Positions 1-6,472 are shown, counted from the stretch's first letter. The stretch: DNA of 8,057 nucleotides from a virus (IMGVR_UViG_2703718806_000009), one strand, 5' to 3'. Program-made: numbers and translations. The notes: a model not told the origin generated them from the sequence alone.

Positions 1-668
1 ATCGCGCCGGTACCATAACGGTGAATGGCTGTTTCGCTGTGATGATAATCGCCGTGTGGCCACTGGCAGGATTTCACGTGACGTAATAACCAGTCAGACA
101 GTGCACCTGCACCACCTGCTGCACGAATAACCTGCTCATCGCTGAAAAATGGCAGTAATGTTTTATCCTCTGCCAGCGGCTGGCGAACGGCAGGAACGAC
201 TCCGGACGGCAGACCGCGCATGTTTTTCGGTTCCGGCTCCACCAATATTCTGCCGTTATGGAATACTGACATTGATTCACGGCCTGGCTTAACGATAACC
301 AGACCGAGTTCCGGTACCAGAACAGGTCGAAGTAATACCCGCACGTTACCTCCAGATGCGCTGCTGGAATGTGCGGGACGGACGCGGTGGGCGTTCGGAA
401 TAAGGGAGCCTGGCGGAGATTATCCAGTGACGACGATCGAAGCTGAGGGCTTTCTCAAACTCATATCCGCGCCTGCGGTAACACTGGATCAGCCATTCGG
501 CCTGTTCTTCAGTGCATGGGGGATGCTGGAACCAGTCGGTTTTAAATACGTGCGAACACCGCCCTTGCCTACTGGCAAGGGCGGCAGAATTGTGCAATCT
601 GCTATCGTGCGCCATCGGGATCTCCGGTGGCACGGTGTTTCTCAGCGACGGTTCAAGTCAGCCTGATT

Positions 669-896
669 TTATAGCTGCTTCTGAATATCATCAACAGGTA
701 GTCCTGCCAACTCTCTTACCTCAGAAAGAAGAGAAAGGCTTACAACAACCTCATTACTTCGCATAACAAAACCACATTGAAAAGAACCATCACTGTTTCT
801 GTAAACAACAACCGGGCGCGTGCTCTCATAAAACCCCGGGATCAAACTGGCTGGGATTTTCACAACACCTCCTGACGTAAAGGAAATGAAATGCAT
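669..896 (-). CDS. hypothetical small protein (75 aa from internal ATG at 896; ORF extends to a GTG at 941)
   Basis: Track ORF 669..941 minus. The ATG at 896-894 is preceded by GAGAAG about 6 nt upstream, whereas the GTG at 941 has no RBS. Translation is protein-like (MHFISFTSGGVVKIPASLIPGFYESTRPVVVYRNSDGSFQCGFVMRSNEVVVSLSLLSEVRELAGLPVDDIQKQL). No family recognised. Confidence 0.3.
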   Translation of the reverse strand: MHFISFTSGGVVKIPASLIPGFYESTRPVVVYRNSDGSFQCGFVMRSNEVVVSLSLLSEVRELAGLPVDDIQKQL

Positions 897-1061
897 TATC
901 GCTTCTCTCGGACTATAACCATGAAAAGAGACGCATTTCACTCAGTAAATCTGAGGATTTTATGCGCAAGAACAATGACTTTTTCTGTCTGCCGTTTATA
1001 CAATCTGAATTACGTCTGTTTTTTGAACACCGATAAATCAGCAAGCATTCTCAAATAAAGA

Positions 1062-1105
1062 TTGCCTCCATAGTCCACATAGTGTAACACTATGTGTTAT
1101 ATAAA
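1062..1105 (+). promoter_or_regulatory. putative promoter/operator of the toxin-antitoxin operon; 21-bp near-perfect palindrome CACATAGTGTAACACTATGTG at 1076-1096
   Basis: TTGCCT (1062-1067) as a -35-like hexamer, TATATA/TATAAA (1098-1105) as -10-like, and the palindrome overlapping them, ending 24 nt upstream of the toxin ATG (RBS GAGG 1111-1114). Type II TA operons are typically autorepressed by the antitoxin at palindromic operators. Confidence 0.4.
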
Positions 1106-1119
1106 ATGCAGAGGCAGGT

Positions 1120-1492
1120 ATGCGAATTTTCAAAAACGCCTGGTTTGAACGTTTCGCCCGAAAACATCGGATTTCCGATAAATCGCTGCGCAAAATCGTG
1201 GAGCAGGCCGATAAGGGGGATCATATCCGCAAATTTGGGTAGTGGTGTCATTAAACAAAGATTAGCCCGAAGTGGTGGCGGAAAATCAGGCGGTTACCGG
1301 ACAATAATTTTTTACCGCGTTGCAGAAAAAGCCTTTTTCATCTACGCATACGCAAAGAATGAACGAGAGAATATCACTGCTATAGAGGAAAATGCTTTTC
1401 GAAAAGCCGCTCCCCATGTCCTCAATCTTACTGATGAACAGCTGGCACAATTGATTCAACAAGGCCAGTTCACGGAGGTACCCAATGAGTAA
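1120..1492 (+). pseudogene. RelE/ParE-superfamily (HigB-like) mRNA-interferase toxin, interrupted by a +1 frameshift in a G5 homopolymer (1215-1219)
   Basis: Frame 1 from ATG 1120 gives MRIFKNAWFERFARKHRISDKSLRKIVEQADKGDHIRKFG then TAG at 1240-1242. Frame 2 continues ...GIISANLGSGVIKQRLARSGGGKSGGYRTIIFYRVAEKAFFIYAYAKNERENI... to stop 1490-1492. Removing one G restores a single ~123-aa ORF with the GGGKSGGYR..F.Y..KNE motif I associate with this toxin family. The track ORF start at 1094 is an artefact of the shifted frame. Confidence 0.6.
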
Positions 1493-1802
1493 AAATTACC
1501 GCAGTGATGCACTTGCATCTGTACATGAAATGATGGAGTCACTCCATGATATCGGTGCAATCACAAAACAAACTATGCGCGAATTCGATGAAACTTGTCT
1601 TCAGCCTGCGCCGGTAATGTCTCCAGAAAGGATCCGTGCACTGCGAGAACGCGAGCATCTGTCTCAACCTGTTTTTGCCAGATACCTCAACGTCAGTAAA
1701 AACCTGATATCAGACTGGGAACGAGGAGTGAAACGCCCGGGAGGTGCAGCTCTTCGGCTTCTTTCAGTTGTCGAGAAAAACGGGATCCAGGTAATATCCT
1801 GA
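1485..1802 (+). CDS. HTH DNA-binding antitoxin (XRE/YiaG-like) partner of the upstream toxin
   Basis: 105-aa ORF whose ATG overlaps the toxin stop (ATGAGTAA), with GGAGG 7-8 nt upstream. C-terminal half has an HTH-like signature (SPERIRALREREHLSQPVFARYLNVSKNLISDWERGVKRPGGAALRLL). Toxin-first order is typical of HigBA-like modules. Confidence 0.75.
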   Translation: MSKNYRSDALASVHEMMESLHDIGAITKQTMREFDETCLQPAPVMSPERIRALREREHLSQPVFARYLNVSKNLISDWERGVKRPGGAALRLLSVVEKNGIQVIS

Positions 1803-1819
1803 TATTCTAATACAACAAA

Positions 1820-1846
1820 ACCCGCCGAAGCAGGTTAAGTGCGGGT
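1820..1846 (-). terminator. probable intrinsic terminator at the 3' end of the hok transcript
   Basis: Stem ACCCGC (1820-1825) / GCGGGT (1841-1846). On the minus strand the hairpin is followed by UUUUGUUG (complement of 1812-1819). Lies ~60-85 nt downstream of the hok stop, between the convergent TA operon and hok. Confidence 0.4.
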
Positions 1847-1875
1847 GCGTTGAGGATGCCTGACACATCAGAGGT

Positions 1876-1897
1876 GGCGAGGGATTTCTCCCTCGCC
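1876..1897 (-). promoter_or_regulatory. perfect 9-bp-stem hairpin (GGCGAGGGA-TTTC-TCCCTCGCC) 8 nt 3' of the hok stop; candidate hok mRNA 3' structural element
   Basis: Perfect inverted repeat read directly from the sequence. hok-family mRNAs carry 3' elements (fbi) that pair with the 5' end to control translation and stability. No U-run follows, so it is not a classical terminator. Confidence 0.4.
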
Positions 1898-1904
1898 AGG
1901 TCTC

Positions 1905-2060
1905 TTACTCCTCAGGTTCGTAAGCTGTGAAGACAGCGACCTCCGTCTGGCCGGTTCGGATTCGTACCTCGCAGAGGTCTTTCCTCGTTACCAGTGCCGT
2001 CATTATGACGGTTAAACAGATGACAATCAGGGCGATTAACATCGCCTTTTGCTGCTTCAT
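1905..2060 (-). CDS. hok: Hok-family type I toxin (HokD/RelF-like small membrane toxin)
   Basis: Translation MKQQKAMLIALIVICLTVIMTALVTRKDLCEVRIRTGQTEVAVFTAYEPEE is near-identical to Hok/RelF as I recall it, with one N-terminal transmembrane helix and the conserved KDLCEVRIRTGQTEVAVF periplasmic part. Confidence 0.85.
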   Translation of the reverse strand: MKQQKAMLIALIVICLTVIMTALVTRKDLCEVRIRTGQTEVAVFTAYEPEE

Positions 2061-2117
2061 AGCCTGCTTCTCCTTGCCTTTCGGCACGTAAGAGGCTAAC
2101 CTACATGTGCAAAGCAT
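1905..2117 (-). CDS. mok: Mok-like reading frame (in-frame N-terminal extension of hok that permits hok translation)
   Basis: The 70-aa track ORF starts MLCTCRLASYVPKGKEKQA upstream of the hok Met, the same arrangement I recall for chromosomal mok/hok pairs (compare MokC MLNTCRVPLTDRKVKEKRAMKQHK...). Confidence 0.55.
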   Translation of the reverse strand: MLCTCRLASYVPKGKEKQAMKQQKAMLIALIVICLTVIMTALVTRKDLCEVRIRTGQTEVAVFTAYEPEE

Positions 2118-2294
2118 GAAATTGGCCTCAGATTAATGTTAAGCGTCCTGCAAGACGCGTAATGTTAACTGGGGCTTTTCTCTGTCTGCCTTACGGCGGC
2201 ATGCCCGAGGCAGACAGCCTCAAGCACCCGCAGCAATTCTACTTAACTCTTCTTTCCCCGCAAATCATTTTATCCCCGATGGTAATGTTCTCCC

Positions 2295-2314
2295 GATATG
2301 GGAATTCCCATATC
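2295..2314. repeat. perfect 20-bp palindrome GATATGGGAATTCCCATATC (EcoRI site at centre)
   Basis: Read directly from the sequence. Sits 17 nt 3' of the ORF6N-like gene stop and upstream of the hok leader. No flanking T-run, so more likely a protein-binding dyad than a terminator. Confidence 0.8.
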
Positions 2315-2331
2315 AAGGTTAACTCAATCGG

Positions 2332-2883
2332 TTAAAGCTCCATTAATTTTCCGGCCAGTTCATCTCGTGGCATTACCAGCCATCCGCGCGATTTAAGCAA
2401 AGCCAGGGCTTCTTCAACCGTCACCAGCTGGCCTGGCGCATAACTTCGGATGAAGGCGGTTTTATCGTCACGGATCGCCAGGTGAAAATCGATATTCATT
2501 TTTCCCATAGCCCGCTCTTTCTCGTACTGGTTGAAGTAACTGTCTTCGAGTTTTTCGAATACTTCCCACGCCTGATCGGTTTCGAGCATTTTTGCATGAC
2601 GGGCTGCTCCGCGTTCTGTCCAGAGGATGAGAGTGCGGGTTTTGGGAGAAATTTTCATCTCATTTTGCGACTCGTTTAAAACTAGTCGCAAATTTTTGAG
2701 CTCATCACCAACAGCTTTAAAGAAGTGTTTTCCCTCAATAAATCGAGATTTATTTTCATGGTGATTCTGCTGTATACGGATTGCTTCTGTTCCGTAAAGG
2801 CGGGCGAGTAACTCAGTTGTGATTACAGGAATCTGGTTATAAGTGACAGGGGAAAGGTTTTTGACAGTAACTTGAGTCGTCAT
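2332..2883 (-). CDS. ORF6N/KilA-N-like DNA-binding domain protein (phage antirepressor-like)
   Basis: 183-aa ORF with AGAGGG RBS ~8 nt upstream of the ATG. N-terminal segment IPVITTELLARLYGTEAIRIQQNHHENKSRFIEGKHFFKAVGDEL resembles the ORF6N pattern (..LA.LYG.E...I.QN...N..RF.EG..FF). C-terminal half not recognised. Confidence 0.6.
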   Translation of the reverse strand: MTTQVTVKNLSPVTYNQIPVITTELLARLYGTEAIRIQQNHHENKSRFIEGKHFFKAVGDELKNLRLVLNESQNEMKISPKTRTLILWTERGAARHAKMLETDQAWEVFEKLEDSYFNQYEKERAMGKMNIDFHLAIRDDKTAFIRSYAPGQLVTVEEALALLKSRGWLVMPRDELAGKLMEL

Positions 2884-3044
2884 GATAACGCCCTCTGGTT
2901 GATGAATTTAACTATCACCACCTTCAGGTCTCAATCATCAGGTGGCGAGACGTACAGGGTTGAGACTACCGGATCAACCAACCGGCCAGCCTTTCGGCTG
3001 CCCCATACGCCTCACCATAATTCAGATGTGCGTGCGCATACGAC

Positions 3045-3069
3045 AATAAAAAACACGCTCGCGGCGTGT
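3045..3069 (-). terminator. rho-independent terminator on the minus strand, ending the dicC-replication operon upstream of the ORF6N gene
   Basis: Stem ACACGC (3053-3058) / GCGTGT (3064-3069), loop TCGCG. On the minus strand the hairpin is followed by UUUUUUAUU (complement of 3045-3052). Minus-strand specific. Confidence 0.55.
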
Positions 3070-3154
3070 GTCTGTCGCGGTTGAATATCCGGGGTCTCAA
3101 TCCCGACGGTCAACTCGACCGTGCGGTGAATATAGCCCCGGATTAGTAATTACG

Positions 3155-3238
3155 TCAACCCCAGCGGCAAATCGAATAAACCACCAGCGCTACCGCCATT
3201 GCAACTCCTGCCGTTACGAATGCCTCAGGCCAGGTCAT
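3155..3238 (-). CDS. possible 27-aa hydrophobic peptide (MTWPEAFVTAGVAMAVALVVYSICRWG), overlapping the 3' end of the upstream gene
   Basis: ATG at 3238-3236 lies inside the last codons (GATGACCTGGCCTGA) of the preceding ORF in another frame. Has a 19-residue hydrophobic stretch. Below the track size cutoff, only a weak RBS (GAGA), no homolog recognised. Confidence 0.2.
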   Translation of the reverse strand: MTWPEAFVTAGVAMAVALVVYSICRWG

Positions 3239-3419
3239 CGTAAACTATCTCAGCGCCAATCAGTCCGTTTCGCTTCAGGCAGTCCATCGCTTTATACGGT
3301 AATTTGGCTGACAGGCGAAAATCACCCTGCAGCATCAGGCTTATTCCCTTATCCCGGGCTTTCGCTCTGACCGCTGCCTCGCTACGACCAATCAGACTGC
3401 CGATACTTTCGACAGTCAT
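3225..3419 (-). CDS. small hypothetical protein with HTH-like segment (64 aa from the ATG at 3419; track ORF extends to 3569)
   Basis: Track ORF 3225..3569, but its first 50 codons overlap the upstream gene by 91 nt and are R/G/A-rich. The internal Met gives MTVESIGSLIGRSEAAVRAKARDKGISLMLQGDFRLSAKLPYKAMDCLKRNGLIGAEIVYDDLA, with SIGSLIGRSEAAVRAKARDKGIS resembling a helix-turn-helix. Confidence 0.45.
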   Translation of the reverse strand: MTVESIGSLIGRSEAAVRAKARDKGISLMLQGDFRLSAKLPYKAMDCLKRNGLIGAEIVYDDLA

Positions 3420-3478
3420 CGTTCCCGCGCACTGCCGGAGTATCAGAATTTCAGCCCGGCACCACGTCTTCCACCCAC

Positions 3479-4240
3479 TCACCGCTGCTGTTCTCTGGTG
3501 GCGGTAATATCCCGGAGAATATCCCGGCACTTGTTCAGCTCCCGCAGCGCGGCGCAGACTCGCTCCCACTTCTGAACCTGACCTTTTGCCCGGCGCAGCT
3601 CGCGGTTAGCCACATGCAGCGATGGTAAAATCAGACCATCCGGATGTTTTCTGGTGAACGACGGCTGTGACTGCACTGTGACCGCCACACTTTCAGTTTT
3701 TATTTCTTCCTGTGTTTCCGCTTCCCGGACAGGTAACGCAATACCTGCTGGCTGAGGAATGGCTTTACCATCCGTTTCCGCTACGGATGCAGCTTCCGGC
3801 TCTGCCGGTAAATCAGCGCCCGGTATGCAGTAACGAAATTTACCGTTCTGATTTACGCGTGCCAGGCGCCCCGTTGCTGTTACGACCGCCAACGTGGAAG
3901 CAACCTTGCGAATGCTAACACCGAACTTATCCGCCAGTTCCTCACACGTTTTAGCCCCATCCTGACAGATAAACTCAATCATCATGTCCGCGGTAACTTT
4001 TTGTTCGACCTCCCCGGTCAGCACATCCGGTACTTCAGACTGTGCTGGCTGTTCTTCGGTTACCCCGGATTCACCTTCACCAGCCAGAAACCAGGTGTGA
4101 CCCGTTTTATCAACAACGCCATTTTCTTTGAGTTCCCACAGTTCGTTGAGAACTTCTTCACGGCTGATATCAAGCCGCGCCGCCAGTTCAACAGAATTGG
4201 CTTTACCCATCGCTTTCAGTGCATGCAATACGGTTTCCAT
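3479..4240 (-). CDS. prophage DNA-binding protein with two winged-helix-like repeats and an acidic linker (YdaW/DUF1627-like)
   Basis: 253-aa ORF with GGAGG RBS 9 nt upstream. Two repeats of a wH-like segment ([33 protein letters not shown] and [35 protein letters not shown]) separated by an E/Q-rich linker. Sits downstream of the dnaC-like gene as in Rac-type prophages. Family name is from memory. Confidence 0.65.
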   Translation of the reverse strand: METVLHALKAMGKANSVELAARLDISREEVLNELWELKENGVVDKTGHTWFLAGEGESGVTEEQPAQSEVPDVLTGEVEQKVTADMMIEFICQDGAKTCEELADKFGVSIRKVASTLAVVTATGRLARVNQNGKFRYCIPGADLPAEPEAASVAETDGKAIPQPAGIALPVREAETQEEIKTESVAVTVQSQPSFTRKHPDGLILPSLHVANRELRRAKGQVQKWERVCAALRELNKCRDILRDITATREQQR

Positions 4241-4269
4241 TAAAACTTCCTCCGGATAAAAATTACTTC

Positions 4270-5010
4270 TCAGTTCCTGTGCTGGCTGACGTTCGGACGC
4301 CAGCTCTCCCAGTTAAACGTCACCCAGCGACCACCGTTCATGGACATGCGGTCCATCACCCGCTCGCCGAGAAGTGTATTCATCGCTGCATGGTTAAGAT
4401 TTGTCAGCATCCCCACACTGAGTAACGATGCCGTTCTGCGGTCAACAATCTGATTCAGCGTGACCTGCTCATTACGCGTATCCCGTTGCATGCCAATTTC
4501 ATCCAGTACCAGCAGGTCAACGCCACACAATCCCTGCAAAAATTTTTCGCCCGAGTTTTTGTTGTCGTAGCTGCCATGTAACGCCAGCATCACATCCGCC
4601 ACTGTTATCACAATCACACTGCGACCTTTCGCCAGAAGGTGGTTGCCAATAGCCGCCGCCAGGTGTTTTTTTCCTGTGCCAGGCCTGCCACTGAAAACAA
4701 AATTCGTACAGCCGCCTTCCAGCTCTGCCGCAATGGATTTCGCCTGACTCAGGGCATGGCGCTGACCATCGTTCTGCACCCGGTAGTTACCGAACGTACA
4801 CTTCCGGTGAAGCAGCTGGATACCGGAGCGGTTAATAATTTTTTCAACCCGCGTCTGATGATTCAGACGATTAACCTCCTCGCTGCGCTTACGCCCTTCA
4901 GCAAGCTGCCATTCCCGCCACTCCGCCACCGTACGGTACGGAGGGATTGCATCCTGCGGCACAAATCTGCTGACTCTTGCCAGAACACCACCTGACGTAA
5001 TGTTTTTCAT
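4270..5010 (-). CDS. DnaC-like replicative helicase loader (AAA+ ATPase)
   Basis: 246-aa ORF with Walker [16 protein letters not shown] and Walker B LLVLDEIG, and extended similarity to E. coli DnaC (..VITVADVM.., [29 protein letters not shown]). RBS AGGGGG upstream. Confidence 0.9.
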   Translation of the reverse strand: MKNITSGGVLARVSRFVPQDAIPPYRTVAEWREWQLAEGRKRSEEVNRLNHQTRVEKIINRSGIQLLHRKCTFGNYRVQNDGQRHALSQAKSIAAELEGGCTNFVFSGRPGTGKKHLAAAIGNHLLAKGRSVIVITVADVMLALHGSYDNKNSGEKFLQGLCGVDLLVLDEIGMQRDTRNEQVTLNQIVDRRTASLLSVGMLTNLNHAAMNTLLGERVMDRMSMNGGRWVTFNWESWRPNVSQHRN

Positions 5011-5016
5011 GATGCG

Positions 5017-5970
5017 CTACCCCCTGAAACCCGGCGGAATTTCGGTATCCGGTTCAGAAATATGATTCACGCAACGCTGCGCGGGACCACGCCACAGTCG
5101 AATAACCAGTTCATCCCATTTCTCACGGAGTTTTTCCGGGCTCTTGATGTTTTTTATCCAGAACGGATCCCGTTGTGCCCGGCTGAACATTTCGCAAATT
5201 TGTCTGTGACTTCTTCCATCCAGCATCCGCATTGTGCGCACGTCATTGGCCCACGCCGTCCAGTTGGGCTCTTTCGGTCGCGTGATCTCACCATCGTCAC
5301 TGGCAGCCTGTTCGTACAGGTTTACAACCCGCCCCCAGATCCACTGCGCACATGTCAAATCCTCCCGGGTTCCCCACTGGCGTTTTTTCACGCTGAACAC
5401 AACAGCATCAGGATGGCGGGTTAAAAACGCCTGTTCAGCCGTCAACTCGTCCGGTTGCGAAGCGTCCGGACAAGAGAGTTTTTTATTCTCTGTTGTATTC
5501 TCTGTAGGATCATCGGGCCATTTTGACCTGATGACATTGGGCCGTTTTGAACCAATGGAACGTTTCATTTTGACCTCTTCCATCGTGTCATTTTGACCTG
5601 ATGGAGTGGCGCATTTTGACCCGATGGATTCGTTCACTTTGCCATCATCTAAAAGCGCGCTATCGTAGTTAATTGTGTAAAAATTAGTCATATCACGCTT
5701 CGATTTATTGAGCTTTTCGCTACGCAAAAGCCCCAGCGCTTTCAGACTTGCAAACGCACGCTTTAACGTTGACTCTGACCAGAACGGAAACTGTTCCAGC
5801 CATTGTTCCGTTGTGTTGTAAATCCAGCGAACGCCATCACATTCCATGCCGGAACTGGTATCCCTCAACCAGTAATGCAGTTGCTGCAACACAATGGCTT
5901 CGTTTAAACCAATCTTCATCGCCAGCTGTGTGTTTATAACCAGCGGGCGTTCAGCAAAAAGAAGGCTCAT
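5017..5970 (-). CDS. phage replication initiator (O-like replisome organiser) with DnaT-like C-terminal tail
   Basis: Track ORF 5017..6012 begins with a GTG lacking an RBS; the ATG at 5970 (MSLLFAERPLV...) is preferred. C-terminus ...ISEPDTEIPPGFRG matches the C-terminal end of E. coli DnaT (..VSEPDSQIPPGFRG) as I recall it. The middle of the protein is encoded by the iteron array. Confidence 0.85.
   Translation of the reverse strand: MSLLFAERPLVINTQLAMKIGLNEAIVLQQLHYWLRDTSSGMECDGVRWIYNTTEQWLEQFPFWSESTLKRAFASLKALGLLRSEKLNKSKRDMTNFYTINYDSALLDDGKVNESIGSKCATPSGQNDTMEEVKMKRSIGSKRPNVIRSKWPDDPTENTTENKKLSCPDASQPDELTAEQAFLTRHPDAVVFSVKKRQWGTREDLTCAQWIWGRVVNLYEQAASDDGEITRPKEPNWTAWANDVRTMRMLDGRSHRQICEMFSRAQRDPFWIKNIKSPEKLREKWDELVIRLWRGPAQRCVNHISEPDTEIPPGFRG
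5519..5650. repeat. replication-origin-like iteron array inside the initiator gene: 5-6 copies of CATTTTGACC(T/C)GATGG at ~23-bp spacing, followed by a moderately AT-rich stretch
   Basis: Copies at 5519-5533 (CATTTTGACCTGATG), 5543-5558 (CGTTTTGAACCAATGG), 5566-5580 (CATTTTGACCTCTTC), 5589-5604 (CATTTTGACCTGATGG), 5612-5627 (CATTTTGACCCGATGG) and a degenerate 5635-5649 (CACTTTGCCATCATC). Start-to-start spacing 24,23,23,23,23 bp. Same layout as lambda ori within gene O. Confidence 0.7.
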
Positions 5971-6472
5971 AATTCCATCCGGCTTTTTGTTGGTACTGGT
6001 GACGATAGGCACGCTTGAAAGCGATTGCTTTTTCTATAAGCTCGTCTGTCTCACGTTCCACAACAGCTGGATCTGCAAAAAGCAGCCCGGACTCCACCAC
6101 ATCGCCATATTCTTTGTTTAACCCGGCAATCATGTACGTAATGCTTTTTCCGTCAGTAATTTCGCGGTACAACCTGAAATCACTAATCCGGATAGCCTCC
6201 ATAATTGCCGGAATCAGCGCCGTGAATTTTTCACGCTTATCCCTGGTGTCGATAGCCTTCCAGCGTTCGAATATCTTCACCCGGTTAACGCCAAGCGCAC
6301 GCTGATCAACCCCGCCATCATCAAGCGTGACACGCTGAACATCGATGTTCGGGCGTTCCTGTAGAGCCCAGAAGGCTTCAGTGATTAATATCGTCGCCTG
6401 CTCCTGCGTCATTCCTGGTCGGCTTATCCAGGCATCCAGGGCATCGCGTGCCTGCTCAAGGGTGATTTTCAT
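5951..6472 (-). CDS. YdaT-like protein (occupies the cII position between cro-like and replication genes)
   Basis: 173-aa ORF overlapping the dicC stop by 17 nt and the initiator start by 20 nt. Segment DKREKFTALIPAIMEAIRISDFRL resembles my recollection of Rac YdaT (REKIQKLIPAILAILPRELRHRL). Assignment is by memory and gene order. Confidence 0.55.
   Translation of the reverse strand: MKITLEQARDALDAWISRPGMTQEQATILITEAFWALQERPNIDVQRVTLDDGGVDQRALGVNRVKIFERWKAIDTRDKREKFTALIPAIMEAIRISDFRLYREITDGKSITYMIAGLNKEYGDVVESGLLFADPAVVERETDELIEKAIAFKRAYRHQYQQKAGWNYEPSFC

Noticed and set aside
1-130. Possible 3' end of a plus-strand gene entering from upstream (frame 2, ...YHNGEWLFRCDDNRRVATGRISRDVITSQTVHLHHLLHE, stop 128-130)
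   Set aside because: Only 42 codons visible, no recognisable motif, and another frame is also open at the window edge; cannot be supported.
74-633. Minus-strand ORFs 74..280 and 346..633 as genes or as one frameshifted gene
   Set aside because: I translated across the junction: the 74..280 frame is open up to a stop at 455-457 but has no plausible start and reads as low-complexity, non-protein-like sequence. Neither product matches a family I recognise, so left unannotated (see left-arm finding).
220-766. Plus-strand track ORFs 220..666 (148 aa) and 512..766 (84 aa)
   Set aside because: Translations are dominated by R/T/P/G/S runs typical of out-of-frame reading of GC-rich DNA, they overlap each other and the minus-strand ORFs, and no motif is recognisable.
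1094-1119. Track start at 1094 (MLYKMQRQVCEF...) for the toxin ORF
   Set aside because: This N-terminal stretch is the wrong frame upstream of the frameshift; the true start is ATG 1120 with a GAGG RBS, giving the conserved MRIFKNAWFERF... N-terminus.
2482-2679. Plus-strand ORF antisense to the ORF6N-like gene
   Set aside because: Entirely inside a well-supported minus-strand CDS; low-complexity F/L-rich translation.
2872-3507. Plus-strand ORFs 2872..3084, 3068..3370, 3304..3507
   Set aside because: They span the minus-strand terminator and intergenic region or run antisense to the small HTH gene; translations are R/S/P-rich with no RBS or domain signature.
3420-3569. Long form (114 aa) of the small HTH-like gene starting at 3569
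   Set aside because: Would overlap the upstream tandem winged-helix gene by 91 nt and adds an R/G/A-rich N-terminus; the internal ATG at 3419 is more plausible, though the long form is not excluded.
5971-6012. GTG start at 6012 for the replication initiator
   Set aside because: No RBS and a 62-nt overlap with the upstream gene; the ATG at 5970 gives a normal short overlap.
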